Positions 1-9,101 of a stretch of DNA of 64,000 nucleotides are shown piece by piece. How positions within the stretch are numbered: the first letter of the stretch is position 1; each line of letters begins with the position of its first letter. The stretch comes from an uncultured Chloroflexia bacterium (lineage in GTDB: Bacteria > Chloroflexota > Limnocylindria > Limnocylindrales > CSP1-4). The DNA lies in the NCBI GenBank assembly GCA_963745295.1, contig CAVUWG010000001.1, positions 131,286 to 195,285 on the forward strand, given 5' to 3'. The notes under the pieces are model-generated. The model did no database searches. It was given only the letters and a program-made list of their open reading frames with translations, and was not told the DNA's origin. The position numbers and the translations under genes were made by a program.

Positions 1-807
1 GTTGCGCAGCCGCTCGTAGGCCGCGACGTCGGCGACCTTGAGGGTCGCGGTGAGCGTCGTCGTGTCGCGGTAGGCGACCGAGGTCGGCGAGGCCGCGAGG
101 GTCAACGTCGTGGAAACGTCGAGGCAGGTCGAGTACTTGGCGGTCGAGCTCGGCACGTCGTACTCGCGCTGGAGGGTGGCGACGTCGCAGGCCCCGAAGC
201 GATGCATGTTCCAGCCGGATTCGGGCTTCGCCCTCGAGACGGCCTGGACGACCGCGTCCCGGTAATCGCGCTCGTCCGCGTAGTTCACGTGGTGGTTGAG
301 GATCTCGATGTGCCCAAACTCGTCGAGCGCGATCGTCTCCGCGTCGAAGCAGCCGTTCGGGGGGCTCGCGTACGACTGGCACCACTTGAGCGTGCCCCAG
401 TCGAATCGATGGCCCTGCTCGCGGAGCCACATCGTGAATCCGTTGGGGGCGTTTCGGGTGAAGCAGGCGATCCCGTTCGGGCCGCACGTGGCGCCGACGC
501 CGTAGCCGATCGGGTTCGTGCCGGCCGCGTCGTAGGCGAACGTGGCCGCCTTCGAGGCCCGCGTGCCGGACGCGTCGGCAGCTGCGGCCCTGATCGCCGT
601 CTTGATCGCGGCCGGCGGAGCCGCTCCCGTGCGCCAGTCGAACAGGAGCGCCTGGTTCTGCCCGAACAGCGGTCCGCCGAAGACCGGGTCCGGGCCATGC
701 CCGGTTGCCGTCGACGCCAGGCTGGCCAGCAGGCTCAACGCCAGCCCGAGGGCCACCGTCCGGAGCGCCGCCCGACGATGCCGGAGAGCATGGGTCATGG
801 CGATCAT
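1..807 (-). CDS. secreted hypothetical protein (3' end lies outside the window)
   Basis: Manual minus-strand translation from ATG 807..805 gives 269 uninterrupted codons to position 1 (MIAMTHALRHRRAALRTVALGLALSLLASLASTATGHG...). The N-terminus looks like a signal peptide. The start overlaps the upstream stop as ATGA (804-807). It is absent from the ORF track because no stop lies in the window. Confidence 0.6.
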   Translation of the reverse strand, partial: MIAMTHALRHRRAALRTVALGLALSLLASLASTATGHGPDPVFGGPLFGQNQALLFDWRTGAAPPAAIKTAIRAAAADASGTRASKAATFAYDAAGTNPIGYGVGATCGPNGIACFTRNAPNGFTMWLREQGHRFDWGTLKWCQSYASPPNGCFDAETIALDEFGHIEILNHHVNYADERDYRDAVVQAVSRAKPESGWNMHRFGACDVATLQREYDVPSSTAKYSTCLDVSTTLTLAASPTSVAYRDTTTLTATLKVADVAAYERLRN

Positions 808-1978
808 CGGGTCACCTCATCGAGGAGGACGGAACGGCCGTCCGGGACGTGGCGGAGGGTCGGGCGGGCGTCGTCCGGTGCCGGTCCGGCCGGGAGCCGG
901 CCGTCCGGGGTGAGCAGGACCCAGTCCGGCGGCAGGCGGGTGGCGCTCTCCGACCGTGCGGCATCGGGCATGAGGCGCAGGCCGCTCGGGATCGCGCCAA
1001 GGTCGGTCACGGTGCGTCCGTCGGGTGAGACCGACCGCAGACTGCCGGCCGGCCGGACCGTCCCACTCGTGGACCACCCGGGCATCCGGACCGACGCCGG
1101 CGAGCGTGGCCAGGCCGGCGGCCTCGGCGAGCGGCACATGGTCGCCCGAGGCGGCATCCACCGACCAGATCGGGCAGGGGAGACCGCGGCAGGCCGCGTA
1201 GGCGATCAGCCGCTGCCCGGTCAGCCCGAGCAACGAGCCGAGCGACGGGTCGTCGACGAGGTGGACCGGCCGACCGACGGCCGCCGGCTCGAGGACGCGC
1301 GTGCGGCACGCCGTCTCGCCGCATGACTGGATCGCGAGACGGTCGCCTTCGAGCGACCAGGTGAACTCGGTCGACCACGTCCGTCCGAACCGCGCATCCG
1401 CCGGGATCGGGTCGACGACGCGCGTCGCGGGGCCGGATCGGTCGAGCGGGCGCTGCCAGACCCCGAGATCCGCCCGCGTCATCCGGTCGACGCGACTCTC
1501 GAAGAGCACGTCGCCAGCCGGATCGATCGTCGCGCGTCGGACGACATCGGTCTCCTCGGCGATGGCCGATGTGCAGCCGGTCGCCGCGTCGATCGCGAAC
1601 AGCCGAGTCACCGTGCCGTCGTCGGCGCCGACCAGGAGCAGGCGTCCGAACGGCCCGGCGGCGAACGACTCCGGTGGCAACGCCATGACCTTCTCCGATC
1701 CGCGACCGTGGATGCCGATCGCCAGGCGCTGGCCGATCAGGGCGCCGTCCGAATCCAGCGTCGGATCGAGGCGCATCCATGCGCCAGTTGCCGAGGTCGG
1801 CGAGGGTCACGCGACTCATGCCCCGAACGGCGGCCACCGTCGACCCGGCACTCCCGTCGCAGGCGAGCGGTAGCGAGGGGCGATCTCTCGCCGCTTGTGT
1901 CGATGAACCGATGGCGATCACCGCGACCAGCGCGATGACGCCGGGACCGATCGCCCGCAGCCATCGATGCTCCGCCAT
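804..1978 (-). pseudogene. secreted PD40/beta-propeller-like hypothetical protein, two apparent frameshifts
   Basis: The N-terminus MAEHRWLRAIGPGVIALVAVIAIGSS (ATG at 1978) is in the frame of ORF 1007..2470. The body is in ORF 817..1776 (repeated 'DG..' propeller-like motifs). The C-terminus ...SLRSVSPDGRTVTDLG...VPDGRSVLLDEVTR is in ORF 804..1157. Frame changes lie near 1777-1786 and in the ccggccggccgg run at 1044-1056. Confidence 0.5.
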
Positions 1979-2124
1979 GTCCTTGACCTCCCCCGGCGGT
2001 GGCAGACGGCGGGCGGAGGCGAGGCCGGCATGGTCGCAGGCGGCGCTTATCGGGCGCTTATCCGGGTTCGGCCGGCGGGCCGCGTCGAGGTGGGCCTGTG
2101 CTACGCTCCGCCGCGCAACCCAGA

Positions 2125-2285
2125 CCCACGCCGCGTGGTCGCGAAGCCGGTGCGATTCCGGCACAGTCCCGCTACGGTGACCGCCCTCTCGCGAGGGCGG
2201 AAGTCCGGTCGCCGACCCCACGGTGCTTTGCTCGAACCTTCGAGAGAAAGGTAGGCAGGACCGTGCGATCCACCGGATAGGCCCC
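2125..2285 (+). promoter_or_regulatory. cobalamin (B12) riboswitch
   Basis: The conserved core 'gtggtcgcgaagccggtgcgattccggcacagtcccgctacggtgac' (2135-2180) is followed by a B12-box-like 'ggaagtccggtcgccgacc' (about 2199-2217). It sits directly upstream of a B12-type ABC transporter and cob nucleotide-loop genes. The boundaries are approximate. Confidence 0.75.
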
Positions 2286-2364
2286 TCCCTTCGACGATGA
2301 AGCGAGGGGCTTCGCGATTCCTCGCGACCCTCGCGCTCCCTTCCACCATCCGGAGGCTCCCCGC

Positions 2365-3423
2365 GTGTCCACCCGATCCCCGTTCCGTCCGTTGCTCGCG
2401 CTCGTCGCGATGGCTGCGCTCCTGTTCGGCGCGTGCAGCAGTCCCGCCACGTCCCAGAGTCCCGTCCCATCGGCCAGCCCGAGCGCCGTGGTCGCCACCG
2501 CCGCGCCGACCTCCGTCTCGCCCTCCCCTGCGCCGACGTCCGCCGCGGTGTACCCGGCGAACGTCATCGACGACGAGGGCACCGCGGTCTGGATCCCCGC
2601 CGAACCCCAGAAGATCGTGTCGATCACCCCGGCCAACACGGAGATCCTCTACGCGATCGGCGCCGGCGACCGGGTCGTGGGGGTCGACGACGGCAGCGAC
2701 TACCCCGACGACCCGAAGCTGCAGGCGCTGCCCGACGTCGCCACCTTCGGGTCGGTCGATGTCGAGAAGATCGTCAGCCTGGGCACCGACCTCGTCGTGG
2801 CCGGCGGACTCGGTTTCAACCCGCCCGAGGCCATCAAGCAACTCCGTGACCTCGGCATCCCGGTCCTGGTGCTCTACGCGCCGTCGGTGGATGGCGTCTA
2901 CAAGGACATCGAGCTCGTCGGCGACGCGGTCGGCAACGCCGAGGAAGCCGAGGCCCTGACCGCCACGATGAAGACCGAGATGGACGCGATCGCCGCGGCT
3001 GCCTCGACCGCAGCGGCCGCTGCCGGCACCAAGCCGCGGGTCTTCTACGACGTCGGGTACACCGATGCCACCGGGGAGATCTTCGGTGCGGCCGAGGGAT
3101 CGTTCCTCGCCCAGATGGTCGGGCTGCTCGGGGTCGACGTCATCACGAGTGACCCGGTGACCTACGCGATCCCGCTCGAGACCCTCATCGAGAAGGATCC
3201 GCAGGTCATCCTCCTGGGCGTCAACGCCTTCTACACCCCGACGCCTGAGATCGTCGCGAAGCGCACCGGCTGGTCGGTCCTCACGGCGGTCAAGAACGGG
3301 GACATCCGACCGGTCCAGGACACGGAGATCACCCGCCCGGGACCGCGTCTGCCGACCGGCCTGCGGAACCTCACGTTGGCGATGTACCCCGACATCACGC
3401 TCCCCCCGGCAGCCCCGTCCTGA
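2365..3423 (+). CDS. ABC transporter substrate-binding lipoprotein, cobalamin/iron-siderophore (BtuF/FecB-like) family
   Basis: ORF 2365..3423 has a lipobox (LLFGAC). It shows a periplasmic-binding-protein type 2 pattern (IVSITPANTEILYAIGAGDRVVGVD, DLVVAG). The riboswitch lies upstream. Confidence 0.85.
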   Translation: MSTRSPFRPLLALVAMAALLFGACSSPATSQSPVPSASPSAVVATAAPTSVSPSPAPTSAAVYPANVIDDEGTAVWIPAEPQKIVSITPANTEILYAIGAGDRVVGVDDGSDYPDDPKLQALPDVATFGSVDVEKIVSLGTDLVVAGGLGFNPPEAIKQLRDLGIPVLVLYAPSVDGVYKDIELVGDAVGNAEEAEALTATMKTEMDAIAAAASTAAAAAGTKPRVFYDVGYTDATGEIFGAAEGSFLAQMVGLLGVDVITSDPVTYAIPLETLIEKDPQVILLGVNAFYTPTPEIVAKRTGWSVLTAVKNGDIRPVQDTEITRPGPRLPTGLRNLTLAMYPDITLPPAAPS

Positions 3424-3436
3424 GCCCGCGGCGTCC

Positions 3437-4507
3437 GTGACGGCGATCTCCACCGAACTCGGGGCGCTCGGCCTGGCCGAGCGCATCCGGTCGCGTCCGG
3501 GCCTGATCGCCGTCGCGGGACTCATCGCCCTCGGGGTGCTGCTCGTCGCGGGCGTCACGCTGGGGTCGGTCCGGATCGGCCCCGGCGACACGGTCGGCGT
3601 CATCCTCTGGCGGACGCTGGGCCTCGACGTCGGGCGGACCTGGTCGGAGGCAACGGAGACCATCGTGTGGGACCTGCGGGTCCCGCGCGTCCTGACCGCC
3701 ATGCTCGTGGGCGCCGGCCTGGCCGTGGCCGGCGCCACCCTCCAGGGCCTGATCCGCAATCCCCTCGCCGACCCCTACATCCTCGGCACCGCCACCGGCG
3801 CGGCCCTCGGAGCGGCGATCGCGGTGCTCATCCCGGTCCGGCTCGTCGTCGTCGAGTTCGGCCTGCTTCACGGACTCGCGTTCGGGGGCGCCCTTGCGAC
3901 GGCCTACCTCGTCCTTCGCGTCGGTGGATCCGGTGCGGCCGGGGGCCTCACGCGGCTCCTGCTCACCGGCTATGCGATCAGCTCGGTGCTGGCCGCCCTG
4001 CTGACGATGGCGATGTACGTCTCCGGGACGAACCTCCGCCAGATCTTCTCGTTCCTGCTTGGCGGTCTCGGCGGGTCGTCGTGGACGCGCCTCCTCGTCG
4101 CGGCGCCGCTGATCCTCGGCGCGTGCCTGGCGCTCACGATGCGCGCGAGGATCCTCGACGGGTTCCTGCTCGGCGACACGGCGGCGAGCCACCTGGGGCT
4201 GGACGTTCGGCGCGAGCGACGGATCCTCCTCGGGCTCGCGTCGTTGGCGACGGCCGCGGCGGTGGCCATCAGTGGGCTGATCGGCTTCGTCGGGCTCGTC
4301 GTGCCGCACGTCGTGCGCCTGCTCGTCGGACCGACCGCACGGCGGCTGGTGCCGCTCTCGGCCCTCTTCGGTGCCGTGCTGCTGTCGGCCGCGGACCTTG
4401 GGGCGCGGCTCCTCGGCGACATCCCCGTCGGAGTGATCATGGCCCTCATCGGCGCGCCGTTCTTCCTCATCCTCCTGGCTCGCACCCGATCCGGGTACGA
4501 GCTGTGA
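3437..4507 (+). CDS. FecCD-family ABC transporter permease (BtuC-like)
   Basis: ORF 3437..4507 is a polytopic membrane protein. It carries the typical FecCD C-terminal motif ...GVIMALIGAPFFLILLAR. Confidence 0.85.
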   Translation: MTAISTELGALGLAERIRSRPGLIAVAGLIALGVLLVAGVTLGSVRIGPGDTVGVILWRTLGLDVGRTWSEATETIVWDLRVPRVLTAMLVGAGLAVAGATLQGLIRNPLADPYILGTATGAALGAAIAVLIPVRLVVVEFGLLHGLAFGGALATAYLVLRVGGSGAAGGLTRLLLTGYAISSVLAALLTMAMYVSGTNLRQIFSFLLGGLGGSSWTRLLVAAPLILGACLALTMRARILDGFLLGDTAASHLGLDVRRERRILLGLASLATAAAVAISGLIGFVGLVVPHVVRLLVGPTARRLVPLSALFGAVLLSAADLGARLLGDIPVGVIMALIGAPFFLILLARTRSGYEL

Positions 4508-5268
4508 TCGCCGAGCCGATCCTGGCCGCTCGGGCGGTGACCATCGGCTACGGGGAGCGGACGATCGTGACCGAGGTGGACCTGTCGGTGGCGGCGGGCG
4601 AGCGGCTCGCCCTGGTCGGTCCCAACGGCGCCGGCAAGTCGACGCTCCTGCGCGCCCTGACCGGCGTCCTGATCCCCCGCTCCGGCGAGATCCTCCAGGG
4701 CGGCCTGCCGATGGCGTCGCTCGAGCGCAAGGCGGTGGCGCGGGCGATCGCCGTGGTCCCTGAACTCGCGCAGCTGCCGTTCGAGATGCGCGTCGACGAT
4801 GTCGTGGCGCTCGGACGGCTGCCGCATGAGCCGCCGCTCGCTGGTCCGCGACCGGCCGACCGGGCGGCCGTCACGGCCGCCATCGACCGGGTCGGCGTCG
4901 GCCACCTGCGCCACCGTGACGCCCGCGAGCTCTCGATGGGCGAGCGCCAGCTCGTCTTCATCGCGATCGCCCTGGCCCAGGCAGCGCCGATCCTGGTGCT
5001 CGACGAGCCCACCGCCCACCTCGACATCCGGCACCAGGTCGACGTGATGGAGCTGCTCGTGGACCTCAACGAACGCGACGGCACGACGATCATCGCCGTC
5101 CTCCACGACCTCGCCCTCGCGGCCCACTTCTTCCCGCGGATCGCGGTCATGAGCGGCGGCCGGATCGTCGCCGACGGCCCCGCCGCCGAGACGCTCGACG
5201 ACCGACACATCCGCGACGTCTTCGGCGTCGATCCGGCCCTCGTCCGTCTCCCGGTCGGGGCGACCTGA
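4504..5268 (+). CDS. ABC transporter ATP-binding protein (BtuD/FecE-like)
   Basis: This is the in-frame tail of ORF 3667..5268, starting at GTG 4504 (GTGA overlap with the permease stop). It has Walker A GPNGAGKST, signature LSMGERQ and Walker B ILVLDEP. Confidence 0.85.
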   Translation: MIAEPILAARAVTIGYGERTIVTEVDLSVAAGERLALVGPNGAGKSTLLRALTGVLIPRSGEILQGGLPMASLERKAVARAIAVVPELAQLPFEMRVDDVVALGRLPHEPPLAGPRPADRAAVTAAIDRVGVGHLRHRDARELSMGERQLVFIAIALAQAAPILVLDEPTAHLDIRHQVDVMELLVDLNERDGTTIIAVLHDLALAAHFFPRIAVMSGGRIVADGPAAETLDDRHIRDVFGVDPALVRLPVGAT

Positions 5269-6068
5269 TGGGCGACGCGACGAGCGCGGTCCGGGCCCGG
5301 GCGATCGGCCTGCCGGGGCGGATCGTGGCCGAGGTCAGCGCGGGCGTCGCGTTGCTGACCCGGCTGCCGGTGCGCACGGCCGGCCTCGACGCGACCGGGG
5401 CGCCGGCCTTCGCCGTCGTCGGTGCCGGCATCGGCGCCATCGGCGCGGTCCCGTTCGTCGTGCTCGGCCCCAGCGAGCCGCTGCTGGCGGCGATCGCCGC
5501 GATCGCGGTGATGGCACTCGCGTCCGGGGCGCTCCACCTCGACGGCCTCGCGGACACCGCCGACGCGCTGCTCGCCCCCGATCGTGCGCGCGCGGAGCAG
5601 GCCCGCAAGGACCCGGCGATCGGACCGGGCGGCGCGGTGGCGCTGGTCCTCGTGCTCGCCGCGCAGGTGGCCGCGTTGTCGGGCCTTGCCGCCGCCGGTC
5701 CCGTACTTGGCGCCGCCGTGTGCGTCGTGGCCGGGACCGTCTCGCGGCTCGTCCCGGTCGTCCTGGCGAGGCTGGTCACGAGCCGCCGCCCGCGGTCCGA
5801 CGGCCTCGGCGGATGGTTCATCGACCGGGTCAGCTCGCTCGACGCCGTCGTGGCGGTCGTCTCGGGCGTGGCCGTCGTCGCCCTGGCGGCGGTCGTCGCC
5901 GGTTCGGCGATCCCGGCCGTCGGAGCAGGGGGCGGCCTCGCCGTCGGCCTGCTTGCGGGCGCCGCGATCGCGGCCGGGCGCGGCCAGCTCGACGGGGACG
6001 GCCTCGGGGCGAGCGTCGAGCTGACACTGGCCACGACCCTCGCCGCCTGTGCGATCGCGACGCCGTGA
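5268..6068 (+). CDS. cobS: adenosylcobinamide-GDP ribazoletransferase (cobalamin synthase)
   Basis: ORF 5268..6068 is a CobS-type membrane protein (LLTRLPV, HLDGLADTAD). It shares a TGATG junction with the upstream gene. Confidence 0.85.
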   Translation: MGDATSAVRARAIGLPGRIVAEVSAGVALLTRLPVRTAGLDATGAPAFAVVGAGIGAIGAVPFVVLGPSEPLLAAIAAIAVMALASGALHLDGLADTADALLAPDRARAEQARKDPAIGPGGAVALVLVLAAQVAALSGLAAAGPVLGAAVCVVAGTVSRLVPVVLARLVTSRRPRSDGLGGWFIDRVSSLDAVVAVVSGVAVVALAAVVAGSAIPAVGAGGGLAVGLLAGAAIAAGRGQLDGDGLGASVELTLATTLAACAIATP

Positions 6069-6108
6069 CGCGGTCGAGCCTCGTCGCCGCGCCACCGGGG
6101 AGGGTCGC

Positions 6109-6639
6109 ATGGCGACGCCGCTGATCCTCGCCCTCGGCGGCACGCGCAGCGGGAAGAGCCGGTACGGTCTGGCGGCCGCCAAGCGGCTCGCCGGCGACGG
6201 GCGGGCGTGGTTCCTCGCGACGGCCTGGGCGGGCGACCCCGAGCTCGACGACCGGATCGCCCGACATCGCGCGGAGCGGCCGGCGGCGTGGCCGACGATC
6301 GAGGTCGGGGCGGACCTCGCCGGCGCGCTGCGCCGGACGGATCCGGCCGAACCCGTCCTCATCGACGGACTGACGCTCTGGCTCAGCACGATCCTCGGCG
6401 ACGAGCCGGGGCCGATCGACGCGATCCTCGACGGCCCGGTCGCCGAGGCGCTCGCCGCGATCACCGAGCGCCCGGGGCCGGTCATCGTCGTCAGCGACGA
6501 GGTCGGCTCGGGCATCGTGCCGATGCACGCGGGCGCCCGCGCCTACCGGGATCTCGTCGGGATCACGCACCAGCGCCTCGCCGCGCTCGCCGATGAGGCG
6601 GTCCTGATGGTGGCCGGCCTGCCGGTCCGACTGCGATGA
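6109..6639 (+). CDS. cobU: bifunctional adenosylcobinamide kinase / adenosylcobinamide-phosphate guanylyltransferase
   Basis: ORF 6049..6639. The likely start is ATG 6109 (MATPLILALGGTRSGKS P-loop). It shows CobU/CobP-family conservation to the C-terminus. Confidence 0.8.
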   Translation: MATPLILALGGTRSGKSRYGLAAAKRLAGDGRAWFLATAWAGDPELDDRIARHRAERPAAWPTIEVGADLAGALRRTDPAEPVLIDGLTLWLSTILGDEPGPIDAILDGPVAEALAAITERPGPVIVVSDEVGSGIVPMHAGARAYRDLVGITHQRLAALADEAVLMVAGLPVRLR

Positions 6640-7745
6640 CGACCCCCGAGGTCCAGGCAGCCCGGAACGGGGGGCGGTCGTCGCCCGGGGAACTGGCACT
6701 CGTCGCCCTCCTGGGCACGATCGGCCCGCTGGACGCGGCCGCGATGGCCAGCGCCGGATCCCGGCTCGACCGGCTGACGAAGCCACCAGGCAGCCTCGGC
6801 CGCCTCGAATCGCTCGTGATCGGGCTCGCCGGCATCACCGGTCGGACCGACGCACCGGTCGTCCGGCGGTCGATCGTGGTGGCGGTCGCGGATCACGGCG
6901 TGACCCGTCGCGGCGTGTCGGCCTATCCGGCTGACGTGACCGCGGGGATGGTCGCCAACTTCGTGGCCGGCGGCGCGGCGATCAACGTGCTCGCCGCCGA
7001 GGTCGGCGCCACGGTCACCGTCGTCGACGCAGGCGTCGCCGGCCCGATCCCGCCCGCGGTCCAGGACCCGTTGCGCGGTGGGCGGCTGGTCTCGGCGCGC
7101 ATCCGCGACGGCACGGCCGACATGACGGAGGGGCCGGCGATGTCACGGGCCGAAGCGCTCCGCGCGATCGAGGTCGGCCTGGACGTCGTGGCCGGGCTGC
7201 GCGCCGACGGCCTCGATCTCGTCGGACTCGGCGAGATGGGCATCGGCAATACGACGGCGGCGAGCGCCATCACGGCGGTCCTGACCGGACGACCCATCGA
7301 GCTGGTGACCGGTCGGGGCACGGGCATCGACATCGACGGCCGGCGGCGCAAGCTCGCGGCCATCGAGCGGGCGATCGAGGTCAACGAACCCGATGCGTCG
7401 GACCCGATCGGCGTCCTCGCGGCCGTCGGGGGGCTCGAGATCGGCGTCCTGGTCGGCCTCATCGCCGGCGCGACCGCGGCCGGGATCCCGGTCGTGCTCG
7501 ACGGTTTCATCACCGGCTCGGCCGCGCTGGTCGCCGCGGCCCTGCAGCCGGCGATCGTGCCGCGCTTGATCGCCGGCCACCGATCGCCCGAGCCTGGACA
7601 CGCCGTCATCCTCGACCACCTCGGCCTGGCACCCGTCCTGGACCTGGAGTTGCGCCTCGGCGAGGGGAGTGGCGCAGCGCTGGCGATGGGACTGGTGTCG
7701 GCCGCGGTGGCCATCCGTGACGGGATGGCGACCTTCGATTTCGGC
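6636..7745 (+). CDS. cobT: nicotinate-nucleotide--dimethylbenzimidazole phosphoribosyltransferase (3' end unresolved; no in-frame stop until 8369)
   Basis: The first ~365 aa of ORF 6636..8369 are typical CobT (KPPGSLGRLE, GEMGIGNTT, LGEGSGAALA...MATF). After MATFD the frame becomes Arg-rich nonsense, while the +1 frame carries cobC. The start has an ATGA overlap with cobU. Confidence 0.75.
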
Positions 7746-8331
7746 CGCGATCTCAGGGCCGACGGCCGAGCTGATCGTCGTTCGTCACGCGCCGACGGCG
7801 TGGTCCGGCCGACGCTATTGCGGTCGGAGCGATCCGCCCCTCGACGCGCCGGGCCGGGCCGCCGCCGCCCGGTTGGCGGCCGACCTCGGGCCGACACTGC
7901 CGGCCGGGATCCGGATCGTGTCGAGTCCGCTGCGCCGCGCGCTCGAGACCGCGACCGCCATCGCGGATGCCGCGGGTGCCGTGCCGGTCATCATCGACGA
8001 CCGGTGGCGCGAGGCCGACTTCGGGGTCGCCGAGGGAAAGACGTTCGACGAGCTCGCGACCAGCGAGCCGGCGCTCGCGGCCCGACTCGCGGCAGGCGAC
8101 ACGGCCGTCGACTGGCCCGGTGGGGAGTCGGCCGTCGCCTTCGAGCGTCGCATCCGGACGGCCTGGCGCGACCTGCTCGCGACCGGCGCCCCGACCGTGC
8201 TCGTGTCGCATGCAGGCCCGCTCCGCGTGGTCGTGGCCGCGGCGTTCGACTCGCCGTCGTCGGAGGTGGGGTTGCTCGAGCCGGCGACCTTCGTGCGCCT
8301 CGATCGCCCGACGGCCGCCGGGGCGCCCTGA
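7717..8331 (+). CDS. cobC: histidine phosphatase family protein (alpha-ribazole phosphatase-like)
   Basis: In ORF 7669..8331 the real sequence starts around ...AELIVVRHAPTAWSGRRYCGRSDPPLDAPG (RHG-type phosphatase motif). The first plausible start is GTG 7717. The gene may instead be fused to cobT (see findings). Confidence 0.65.
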   Translation: MTGWRPSISAAISGPTAELIVVRHAPTAWSGRRYCGRSDPPLDAPGRAAAARLAADLGPTLPAGIRIVSSPLRRALETATAIADAAGAVPVIIDDRWREADFGVAEGKTFDELATSEPALAARLAAGDTAVDWPGGESAVAFERRIRTAWRDLLATGAPTVLVSHAGPLRVVVAAAFDSPSSEVGLLEPATFVRLDRPTAAGAP

Positions 8332-8365
8332 CCTGTCCCGGGCCGGTGCGTGCTACCCTCGGGCG

Positions 8366-9094
8366 GTGACGCGACGTCGACCGACCGCGCCGGGACGCGA
8401 TCGTCCCGACCGACGCTGGGCCCTTCCGATCATCCTGCTCGTGGTGCTGGCCATGGTGGCTGCCTGCGGTGGGACGTCCGCGACCGGGACGCCAGGCGAT
8501 GGTTCCGCGGCACCCTCGAGCGCCTCGTCGGACGAGCCGACCGACAGTACCGAGCCGGGCGGATCCATCGAGCCGGACGACACCGACGAGCCCACCGAGT
8601 CCGACGAGCCCACCGACGATCCGACCGATGAACCCACCGACGAGCCCTCGGGCGAACCCTCGCCGGGCGGCGGTCCGTCGTCGGCCTGCAGCGGCACCGC
8701 CGAGAACCAGGACTTCTACGCCGACGCGGCCGCCGCGGTCGGCTGGACGGTCTACTGTCCGGTGCTGCCGAAGGGCTGGTTCGTCGTCACGGGTCGATAT
8801 CGTCTGGCCGGTGGCGGTCGCCTGGAGATCAGCTACCGCGGACCCGGCGGCGCGCGTTTCACCCTCCGCGAGGGCGCGTTCTGCGGCGACTCCGACGGCT
8901 GCGTCCCGGCCGGGACGGAGCTCGGCGCCGCGTCGTTCGGCAACCTCAGTGGCACGTTGATCTCCGCCGACGACGGGTCGTGGGCGATCGTCGTGGATGC
9001 CGGCGCGAACCCGTCATGGCTGCTGGTGGCCGAGGTGGCCTCGGAGGAGGCGGCGCGCGACCTCGGGGCGGCGCTCACGGCGGTCGAAGGCTAG
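8366..9094 (+). CDS. lipoprotein with an acidic D/E/P/T-rich linker, unknown function
   Basis: This is the tail of ORF 7967..9094 from GTG 8366. It has a signal and lipobox (LLVVLAMVAACGG), then a low-complexity DEPTD/EPT repeat region (about 8530-8660) and a globular C-terminal domain. Confidence 0.65.
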   Translation: MTRRRPTAPGRDRPDRRWALPIILLVVLAMVAACGGTSATGTPGDGSAAPSSASSDEPTDSTEPGGSIEPDDTDEPTESDEPTDDPTDEPTDEPSGEPSPGGGPSSACSGTAENQDFYADAAAAVGWTVYCPVLPKGWFVVTGRYRLAGGGRLEISYRGPGGARFTLREGAFCGDSDGCVPAGTELGAASFGNLSGTLISADDGSWAIVVDAGANPSWLLVAEVASEEAARDLGAALTAVEG

Positions 9095-9101
9095 ACCGAG
9101 G

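Noticed and set aside
300-420. A possible zinc-metalloprotease motif ('ALDEFGHIEILNHH') in the partial secreted protein at 1..807.
   Set aside because: The first residue is Asp rather than His (DEFGH, not HExxH), and no other protease signature was recognised. I left the gene as hypothetical.
202-1326. Long ORFs rich in Arg, Pro, Gly and Ala on the opposite strand or in alternative frames of real genes. Examples are 202..1326(+), 2101..3759(-), 14300..16507(+), 22152..24338(-), 25328..27013(-), 27464..29539(-), 41899..42897(-) and 47344..49482(-).
   Set aside because: These are typical shadow ORFs of ~70% GC DNA. They have low-complexity RPGA-rich translations and no family motifs. Each overlaps a frame carrying clearly conserved protein sequence.
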